A stretch of 24,521 nucleotides of DNA from Burkholderiales bacterium. Its GTDB lineage: Bacteria; Pseudomonadota; Gammaproteobacteria; Burkholderiales; Burkholderiaceae_C. Every line of letters begins with the position of its first letter. Positions within the stretch are counted from its first letter, which is position 1. The translations under genes and the position numbers were made by a program. Shown in pieces: positions 18,299 to 24,521 of the stretch. The DNA is taken from positions 1 through 24,521 of the forward strand of contig JANMHY010000529.1 of NCBI GenBank assembly GCA_031375525.1, written 5' to 3'. Under the pieces are notes generated by a model. The model worked only from the letters and a program-made list of their open reading frames with translations, was not told the DNA's origin and did not search any database.

Positions 18299-18325
18299 AT
18301 TTGGCCGATGACAGCCGGGCCGCTA

Positions 18326-19645
18326 CTACCTCACTACTATGTTCGTAGGAGGCGTCAACGCAGTCGAGGACGCGTTGCTCGAATACTCCAGAGCGCCGCG
18401 AGAAAAGACTCCGTCCGCCCCGCGAACATTGCCGCGAAGGTCCTTGTTGAAAGGGGATGCCAACGCCACACCGGCCGACGTTTCCGAGCGCAGACGCAGA
18501 TCGCCCGCGGCGAAGTTCGTGAAGATCGAAGACGACACGTTCGTCTGGGCATTGGCCTCGCCGCGGCTGCTGCTGTCGGTAAACGTGTTGTAGTCGTGCG
18601 AACCCTCGATCCACACGCTGCGGCAGTCGATGAACACGTTGTTCTGGACGATGTTGTTGGTGCCGCTGCCCCAAGCCATGCCGGAGTTGTAGCCGATCCC
18701 TCTGACGAACGTATTGTTATAGACCCGATTGTTGCTTGTTGAGTAGCCGTTGTAGCCAACCGCCCCGTCCCCGACGAAGAAGTTGTCTGCGATGTTGCCG
18801 TAGAAGTGCAAGCCGTTGGCTTGCGTGATCGCCACGAGGGCCGTACCGCCTTCGCCAACGACGAACGAGTTACGCCAGTGGTTGTAGCGCAAGATGGCGT
18901 TGTTGCCGCTGTAGTACAGGTTGACGATCTCGCCATGATTGGCGTTGTTGCTCTGTGCACCATCCGAAGCGCTGTACTCGACGATGGCGCCATTGGTTGT
19001 GCGAAGGAACCAGACGTTGTTGCTGCCCGAAACAAACATGCGCGTAAAAACCAGATTGGTCGCGGTCGCTCCTCCGTCGAAGTCATCTGTATCGATGGCG
19101 TACCGACGTACCGTGTTGCCCGGCAGGTTGCCCAGGATCGCGTCCACAAATACGTGCTTTATCGTGATGTTGGAAGGCGCCTTACCGTAGTTTTGGATGA
19201 CGATGTTCTGGTCCATGTTGTTGTGGTTGATCCTGATGCCATAGGCGGCGCCGTCGAACCAATTGCTTTCGTTGCGGGTCTGTCCGTCGAACATGTAGTA
19301 CCCGGACTCGAACCGAACTACGGAGTCAAAGACGGCTTGGCCGTCGCCGTAGCTGGCTTGCCAACCCAAGTCGATGCCGTGATCGGCAATGGTTGCCTTC
19401 TTGATGGTGATCACCGCGCTGCCGCTCTGCGGATCAGCAAAGGTTCGGGCGCCGTAGCCGCCATCTGCCAAGTAGTACGTGTCGCCCCGCACTAACGCGG
19501 AAGGCAACGATCTGTAGGCATTGGCCCAGTCAGATCCGTCATTGCGTCCCGTCGCGTCAGGTCTGACGTACTTGGTCGCTGCCTGTGCCAGGCCGGCAGA
19601 TAGGCAGAGAACAAACAGCACGATGGTTCTTAGGTATCGGTTCAT
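18326..19645 (-). CDS. Secreted right-handed parallel beta-helix (pectin-lyase-like fold) protein; putative polysaccharide-active enzyme
   Basis: ATG 19645 with signal peptide MNRYLRTIVLFVLCLSAGLAQA|A; YVRPDATGRNDGSDWANAY, GDTYYLADGGY, Asn-ladder repeats (FYGNI, VYNNTF, VQNNVF), C-terminal GDLRL...DLRGNVR...GALEY. Confidence 0.8.
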   Translation of the reverse strand: MNRYLRTIVLFVLCLSAGLAQAATKYVRPDATGRNDGSDWANAYRSLPSALVRGDTYYLADGGYGARTFADPQSGSAVITIKKATIADHGIDLGWQASYGDGQAVFDSVVRFESGYYMFDGQTRNESNWFDGAAYGIRINHNNMDQNIVIQNYGKAPSNITIKHVFVDAILGNLPGNTVRRYAIDTDDFDGGATATNLVFTRMFVSGSNNVWFLRTTNGAIVEYSASDGAQSNNANHGEIVNLYYSGNNAILRYNHWRNSFVVGEGGTALVAITQANGLHFYGNIADNFFVGDGAVGYNGYSTSNNRVYNNTFVRGIGYNSGMAWGSGTNNIVQNNVFIDCRSVWIEGSHDYNTFTDSSSRGEANAQTNVSSSIFTNFAAGDLRLRSETSAGVALASPFNKDLRGNVRGADGVFSRGALEYSSNASSTALTPPTNIVVR

Positions 19646-19685
19646 GGTGGGCTCTCGAAAACTCTGTTGAAACAGTGGCGGCGGA

Positions 19686-20720
19686 CTACGGGACGAACTT
19701 GGTCGCTTCCACGGAGAACGGACTCTCCTGTCCACTCACATCCAATGCCGTCACAGCGAAATAGTATTGGTTGCCGGAGGTTAAGCCGGTAACTGCGTAA
19801 CTGGTACTTGCCCCGGCGTCGATGCCGGCACCGCGCGGCTGCAAGTAAGTGCCCGAGACCGTTCCGTAATACACGCGGTATCGGATTCCTGTCGAGTTTG
19901 GTGCAGCGGACCAGGACACGGCGGCAACCGGAGCTGGTGCTGGTGCTGGTGCTGGTGCTGGTGCTGGTGCTGGTGCTGGTGCTGGTGCTGGTGCTGGTGC
20001 CGGTGCTGGTGCCGGTGCCGGAGCTGTGGTGGTCGTGGTGAACACCACGTCTACCCAGTAGTTGCTGGCGTTCCATTGCAAGTTTGGGAACGAACTCGAC
20101 GCGCTGTACATGTAGACACCGGCATCGGCCCGCAGCGGCGCAGCGATATGAGACTGGCTGAAGTAGCCAAGATCGACTGCGTACCGGCCCACAGGCGCGA
20201 GGTAAGACGCGGTATAGGTCGCTCCGGCCGTGATCGGCACTGGCGTCGGGAAGCTCACCGTCTGCCAGCCGGTTGCTGTCTCGCTCGTGAAGTTGGCCTG
20301 GGCCAGCAATTGCCCCGAGCTTGACCACAACGAGCCGGCGTGCGTACCGTTGTTGCCGGCGCCCTTGTAGAACTTGACGCCGGTCACGTAGCCGCTGACA
20401 TCGCTAGCGAATTTCACGCCCAGGTTCACCGATGCCGTATCCGGCGCAACTTGCGCTGGCACGGCGGTTGCCGGCCAGATCGCGCAGGGGCACAACTCAG
20501 TGGGTGACGGTGGCGGCGCAGGGATGGGAGCCGGGGTGGGAGCCGGAGCCCACCGGCGTCGTGCAGCAGCTTCCATCTGCTGCGTCGCAGCCACACTGTC
20601 TGCTTGTGCTGTCGCGGCGTCATCGACGTTTTCACTTGCGCCGCCACAGGCTGCCAGCGCGGCCACAGCCACCGGCCACAGCAGCTGGAGTTGACGCCAA
20701 TTTGCCTTGGCTTTGCTCAT
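19686..20720 (-). CDS. Lipoprotein: DUF4082 domain + (Ala-Pro)16 linker + FN3-like domain
   Basis: ATG 20720; MSKAKANWRQLQLLWPVAVAALAA|CGG lipobox; CPCAIW...VNLGVKF..D..GYVTGVKFYK...NNGTHAGSLW...GWQ...YWVDVVF (DUF4082); VSW...YRVYYG...YAVTGLTSGNQYYFAVTALD..GQESPFS (FN3). Confidence 0.85.
   Translation of the reverse strand: MSKAKANWRQLQLLWPVAVAALAACGGASENVDDAATAQADSVAATQQMEAAARRRWAPAPTPAPIPAPPPSPTELCPCAIWPATAVPAQVAPDTASVNLGVKFASDVSGYVTGVKFYKGAGNNGTHAGSLWSSSGQLLAQANFTSETATGWQTVSFPTPVPITAGATYTASYLAPVGRYAVDLGYFSQSHIAAPLRADAGVYMYSASSSFPNLQWNASNYWVDVVFTTTTTAPAPAPAPAPAPAPAPAPAPAPAPAPAPAPAPVAAVSWSAAPNSTGIRYRVYYGTVSGTYLQPRGAGIDAGASTSYAVTGLTSGNQYYFAVTALDVSGQESPFSVEATKFVP
19930..20025. repeat. Hexanucleotide tandem repeat, 16 units encoding the Ala-Pro linker
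   Basis: Ten perfect GGTGCT units (19936-19995) plus GGTGCC/GGTGCT/GGAGCT variants. Confidence 0.97.
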
Positions 20721-20754
20721 TGTTGGGTTCCCAATCGACGTTCGATCTCTGGTC

Positions 20755-20769
20755 CCAACACGCTTGCCA
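20755..20769 (-). promoter_or_regulatory. Imperfect sigma54 (-24/-12)-like site upstream of the lipoprotein gene
   Basis: Minus strand TGGCAAG-CGTG-TTGG versus consensus TGGCACG-N4-TTGC; correct spacing, 34 nt before the ATG, but the -12 C is replaced by G. Confidence 0.25.
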
Positions 20770-21291
20770 CCCGCCGCCGGACCTTTCGAGGGTTGGCTGC
20801 GTACGCACACAACGACATCCGGGACCGCTTGTTTTTTCGAAGCCGTCCCGCAGCACTGTCGCTGTCTGTTCACGGCCGGACGCCACTTTGCCGGCCAACA
20901 GGGCAGCGTCGATGCGTCCAAGGGAATGAACCATATCGGAGCGCGCTGTGCGGTCTGCGACAGTGCGCAACTGGGGGAAACACCTTTCAATGGCGTTTTG
21001 CTACCCCTAAGTCGTGGGGGGAGCAGTGCCGACAGGCCCGCCCTGTCAGACCGCCGCAGCGTGCATCGCCAGCACCCAAGCGGGTTTGCGCACTGCCGCG
21101 TGACGCTCAAAGTTGCACCAAAACCGGTCCACGCCACCGCGCTGCAAGCACCACAGGAGCGACCCTGCGCTGCTTACAAATGGAGGAAATGACTACGGAA
21201 TTGCTTCGATCGGCGCCGAACGTGCTGCCTTCGATTCGTGATCTACGTCACGGTCGACGGCGCTGGCGAGCCCCGCTGCCCCGCGGCGCGA

Positions 21292-22635
21292 CTAAACAGC
21301 AGCCGGATGCGCCGCAGGCCGGCCGATCGAGTGGTACTCGAAACCAAAACTCGCCATCAGCGCAGGCTCGTAGAGGTTGCGCCCGTCGAAGACCAGCGGC
21401 GTCTTCAGCGCGCGACGCATCGCTTCAAAATCCGGCGTGCGGAATTCCTTCCACTCGGTGGCGATCAACAGCGCGTCGGCGCCGTGCAGCGCCGCCTCGG
21501 CCGTGTCGGCGATGACAAAGCCCGCCGTCTCGCCCAACACCCGCTGCGCCTCGGCGGCGGCCACCGGATCGTAGGCGCGCACGCGCGCACCCCGGCGCGA
21601 GAGTTCGCGCACCAGCGTCAGTGAAGGCGCCTGTCGCATGTCGTCGGTCTTCGGCTTGAAGGCCAGGCCCCACAGCGCGAGGGTCTTGCCGGAAAGGTCT
21701 GCACCCCAGCGTTGCACCACCTTGTCGACCAGCACCTGCTTTTGCTGCTCGTTGACCGCTTCAACGGCCGACAGCAATTGCAGCGTCACCCCCACCTCGG
21801 CGGCGGAGCGCACCAGCGCCTTCAAGTCCTTGGGAAAGCACGAGCCGCCATAGCCGATGCCGGGATAGAGAAACTGCGAACCGATGCGCGGATCGGAGCC
21901 GATGCCCAGGCGCACCTGTTCGATGTCGGCGCCCACGCGTTCGGCCACGCGCGACAGCTCGTTCATGAAGCTGATGCGCGTGGCCAGCATCGAGTTGGCG
22001 GCGTACTTGGTGAACTCGGCGCTGCGCACGTCCATCAGCAGCACGCGGTCGCGGTTGCGAACGAACGGCGCGTACAGCGCGCGCATCAGCAGGATCGCAC
22101 GCTCGTCGTCGGCGCCGATGATCACGCGGTCAGGGCGCATGAAGTCGGCAACTGCCGCGCCCTCCTTGAGGAACTCGGGGTTCGAGACCACGGCGAAATC
22201 CACGCGCACATCGCGCCTGCCGAGTTCTTCGGCGATCACCGCGCGCACCTTGTCGCCGGTGCCCACGGGCACGGTGCTCTTGTCGATCACCACCTTGTAG
22301 TCGGTCATCAGCCGGCCGATGTCGCGCGCCGCGGCCAGCACGTACTGCAGATCGGCCGAGCCGTCTTCGCCCGGCGGCGTGCCCACGGCGATGAAGAGCA
22401 GCGTGCCGTGGGCCACGGCGCGCTTCAGGTCGGTGGTGTATTGCAAGCGGCCCGCAGCGGCATTGCGCTGCGCCACTTCCGTCAGGCCCTCTTCATGGAT
22501 CGGCATCACGCCGGACTCGAGCTGGCGAACTTTCTCGTCATCGATGTCCAGGCACAGCACATGGTTGCCCATCTCGGCCAGGCAGGCGCCGGTGACGAGA
22601 CCGACGTAGCCGGTGCCGATGATCGTGATCTTCAT
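21292..22635 (-). CDS. ugd: UDP-glucose 6-dehydrogenase
   Basis: [47 protein letters not shown] (catalytic Cys), GLAFKP.TDD.R; AAAGGGA SD. Confidence 0.96.
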   Translation of the reverse strand: MKITIIGTGYVGLVTGACLAEMGNHVLCLDIDDEKVRQLESGVMPIHEEGLTEVAQRNAAAGRLQYTTDLKRAVAHGTLLFIAVGTPPGEDGSADLQYVLAAARDIGRLMTDYKVVIDKSTVPVGTGDKVRAVIAEELGRRDVRVDFAVVSNPEFLKEGAAVADFMRPDRVIIGADDERAILLMRALYAPFVRNRDRVLLMDVRSAEFTKYAANSMLATRISFMNELSRVAERVGADIEQVRLGIGSDPRIGSQFLYPGIGYGGSCFPKDLKALVRSAAEVGVTLQLLSAVEAVNEQQKQVLVDKVVQRWGADLSGKTLALWGLAFKPKTDDMRQAPSLTLVRELSRRGARVRAYDPVAAAEAQRVLGETAGFVIADTAEAALHGADALLIATEWKEFRTPDFEAMRRALKTPLVFDGRNLYEPALMASFGFEYHSIGRPAAHPAAV

Positions 22636-22716
22636 GGAGCCAGTCCCTTTTGCAGATGATCGCGCGGCGCATCGTAGCGGCAGGCCCGGCGCAGGACGTG
22701 CTCGACGGCACTCACG

Positions 22717-23712
22717 TCAAGCATGCTCGATCGGCCAAGCCGCCGGGTGGCGCTCTCCACTGCCGGCCGTCGCTACAGCAGGCTGCCTGGCGACGCTTCT
22801 GCGGATGGCTTGACGCAGCGGCCTGTAAAGAAAGATCTTCAACGCGTAGTAGGGCATTCTGAAAATCAGGTGCTGCAAAAGCGCCTTGGCTTCGCGTTCG
22901 CAGCTTGCAGCCTTGGCCCGTCGATAGCTCATGTAGCACATGTTGGACAGACCTTCTCGCAGGTAACGTGCAAGATCCGGCCGTCGCGCGCGCGCTTTCG
23001 CTTCGACCGCGCAAAAAGAGCGCCACATCTGTTCATAGTCCGTGGACATGCTCGTCGGCAAAGCACGGTACCCGGTCAGGTACTCCGGCACGACGGCAAA
23101 CTCGAAAGACTCGGCGACTGCCAAGTACAGCGCCCAGTCTTCACAGCCTTGAGCGTCGAGGCCGACCAACGACGAATCGTAGCCACCGACTTGCCTTATG
23201 ACATCGGCACGCATGAGCGGGCTGCTTCCGTTGCCAACCATGTTGCATTCACAGACGCACGTCAACACGTTGCCCTGATAAAGGTACTGCCCCGCCAGCG
23301 CCGTCACCCGGCTCTGCTCGTCGAGCAGCGCCGACCACGTGTAGACCAAACCCACCTTGCTGCCGCCACGACGCATCGCCGCCACCTGCTTCTCGATCTT
23401 GCGCGGATGCCACAGGTCATCGGCATCGATGGGTGCAATGAGGTCGCCCTTTGCAGCCGCAATGGCAGTGTTGCGCGCCGCGGCCACGCCTTGGTTTGCC
23501 GGATGCCGAATCAACACCACCCTGGCGTCGGCTTGCGCATGGCGCTCGACGATCTGCGCTGTCGAGTCGACGGAGCCATCGTCAACCACGATGATCTCAA
23601 GCGACGCGTACGACTGCGCGCGCACGCTGCGCAGCGTCTCGTCGATGGTCGCGGCCGCGTTGTAGGCGGGCACGATGACGGTGACCAAATCTTCTTCTGG
23701 GCTGGAAGTCAT
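22717..23712 (-). CDS. Glycosyltransferase family 2
   Basis: VTVIVPAYNAA, IIVVDDGSVD, NQGVAAARN, IDADDLW, GNGSSPL, CEDW. No clear SD; exact start uncertain. Confidence 0.92.
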   Translation of the reverse strand: MTSSPEEDLVTVIVPAYNAAATIDETLRSVRAQSYASLEIIVVDDGSVDSTAQIVERHAQADARVVLIRHPANQGVAAARNTAIAAAKGDLIAPIDADDLWHPRKIEKQVAAMRRGGSKVGLVYTWSALLDEQSRVTALAGQYLYQGNVLTCVCECNMVGNGSSPLMRADVIRQVGGYDSSLVGLDAQGCEDWALYLAVAESFEFAVVPEYLTGYRALPTSMSTDYEQMWRSFCAVEAKARARRPDLARYLREGLSNMCYMSYRRAKAASCEREAKALLQHLIFRMPYYALKIFLYRPLRQAIRRSVARQPAVATAGSGERHPAAWPIEHA

Positions 23713-23872
23713 GGCTTACGAAATCAGCAATTGCCTTCCGCTCGACGTAAGCGGCCGCGCCTATTGGAACGCATGCAAACGACTTCGCCAACTCGCAGTC
23801 AAGGACATTCCCATTGGGGAACTGGTCGAGTTCGACTACAAGGGCCGGGGCTACCCCCTCTCCGACGAATGA
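23711..23872 (+). pseudogene. Possible 3' remnant of a gene once coupled to the dehydratase (or a small ORF)
   Basis: Stop overlaps the dehydratase start (ATGA 23869-23872); the last codons are nearly all G/C-ending; the 5' end collides with the GT2 start codon. Identity unknown. Confidence 0.35.
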
Positions 23873-24521
23873 AGACCGCCGCTCAACTCCGCTCCGCACG
23901 CTGGTTCGCGCCCGACGACTTCCGCTCCTTCGGCCACCGCTCGCGCGTGCTGCAGATGGGCTATGCGCACGCAGACTGGGTCGGCAAGCCGGTGATCGCC
24001 ATCGTCAACACCTGGAGCGACGCCAACCAATGCCACTCGCACTTCAAGCAGCGCGTCGATGACGTCAAACGCGGCGTGCTGCAGGCCGGCGGTTTTCCGC
24101 TCGAGCTGCCGGCGATCAGCTTGAGTGAGTCGCTGGTCAAGCCGACGACGATGCTGTATCGCAACTTCCTCGCCATGGAAACCGAGGAGCTGTTGCGCTC
24201 GCACCCGGTCGATGGCGCGGTGCTGATGGGCGGCTGCGACAAGACCACGCCGGGCCTGACGATGGGCGCGCTGTCGATGGGCCTGCCGTTCATCTACCTG
24301 CCGGCCGGGCCGATGCTGCGCGGCAACTGGCGCGGCCAGGTGCTCGGCTCGGGCAGCGATGCGTTCAAGTACTGGGATGAACGACGAGCGGGCCGCTTGT
24401 CCGACCAAGCGTGGCGCGAGATGGAGGCCGGCATCGCGCGCAGCCACGGCACCTGCATGACGATGGGCACCGCGGCGACGATGATGGGCATCGCCGAAGC
24501 CGTCGGCCTCACGTTGCCGGG
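23869..24521 (+). CDS. IlvD/Edd-family dehydratase, L-arabinonate/sugar-acid dehydratase-like; 3' end runs off the window
   Basis: Not in the ORF track; translated by hand: MKTAAQLRSARWFAPDDFRSFGHRSR...KPVIAIVNTWSDANQCHSHF...GGFPLELP...KPTTMLYRNFLAMETEELLRSHPVDGAVLMGGCDKTTPG...GTCMTMGTAATM, including the Fe-S-ligating Cys motifs. Confidence 0.93.
   Translation, partial: MKTAAQLRSARWFAPDDFRSFGHRSRVLQMGYAHADWVGKPVIAIVNTWSDANQCHSHFKQRVDDVKRGVLQAGGFPLELPAISLSESLVKPTTMLYRNFLAMETEELLRSHPVDGAVLMGGCDKTTPGLTMGALSMGLPFIYLPAGPMLRGNWRGQVLGSGSDAFKYWDERRAGRLSDQAWREMEAGIARSHGTCMTMGTAATMMGIAEAVGLTLP

Noticed and set aside
18326-18349. CTAC-N7-GTAG dyad resembling an operator
   Set aside because: Lies within the coding 3' end of the beta-helix gene.
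18177-18674. N-terminal extension of the Wzy-like ORF
   Set aside because: Crosses a terminator hairpin and overlaps the beta-helix gene in another frame.
20721-21137. N-terminal extension of the lipoprotein ORF, and plus-strand ORFs 20604-21515 and 20707-21192
   Set aside because: The signal peptide and lipobox begin at ATG 20720; the other translations lack motifs and overlap real genes in antisense.
18173-21241. Inverted 12-mer TCACGAATCGAA (18173-18184 and 21230-21241) bracketing the lipoprotein/beta-helix module, as a possible invertible segment
   Set aside because: Exact 12-mer matches are expected by chance in 24.5 kb, no recombinase is in the window, and inversion would not create an in-frame fusion. 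Read mapping for both orientations would settle it.
23792-23839. AVKDIPIGELVEFDY resembles SET/SAF-domain 'RDI..GE' motifs
   Set aside because: Too short to assign, and the upstream NHSC motif of SET domains is absent; needs a profile search.
1-24521. PEP-CTERM/exosortase genes, transposases, integrases, tRNA/rRNA, CRISPR arrays
   Set aside because: No VPEP-TM-basic tails, transposase or integrase motifs, RNA gene signatures or spaced direct repeats seen.

Overview
High-GC (likely Burkholderiales-type betaproteobacterial; inferred from composition and gene content) Wzx/Wzy-dependent surface polysaccharide locus. A divergent hexapeptide acyltransferase (partial, left edge) faces a ~16.3 kb plus-strand operon with many stop/start overlaps. 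That operon encodes a priming sugar transferase, NAD-dependent epimerase, DegT aminotransferase, Wzx flippase, DUF354 protein, WecB-type 2-epimerase, three GT2s, two AsnB-type amidotransferases, a SAM methyltransferase and an atypical GT4. A minus-strand block converges on it: GT2, ugd, a DUF4082-(Ala-Pro)16-FN3 lipoprotein, a secreted beta-helix protein, a strong terminator and a Wzy/O-antigen-ligase-like membrane protein. The window ends in a partial IlvD/Edd-family sugar-acid dehydratase. Two observations stand out, both hypotheses. (1) The priming transferase carries an N-terminal degenerate GGDEF-like domain with an intact RxxD I-site, suggesting c-di-GMP control of the first committed step. 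(2) The lipoprotein FN3 domain appears to lack its first strand while the co-transcribed beta-helix protein ends in an FN3 strand-A-like peptide, suggesting a strand-complementation tether. No RNA genes, CRISPR arrays or mobile-element genes were recognised. All family assignments are by eye, without database searches.
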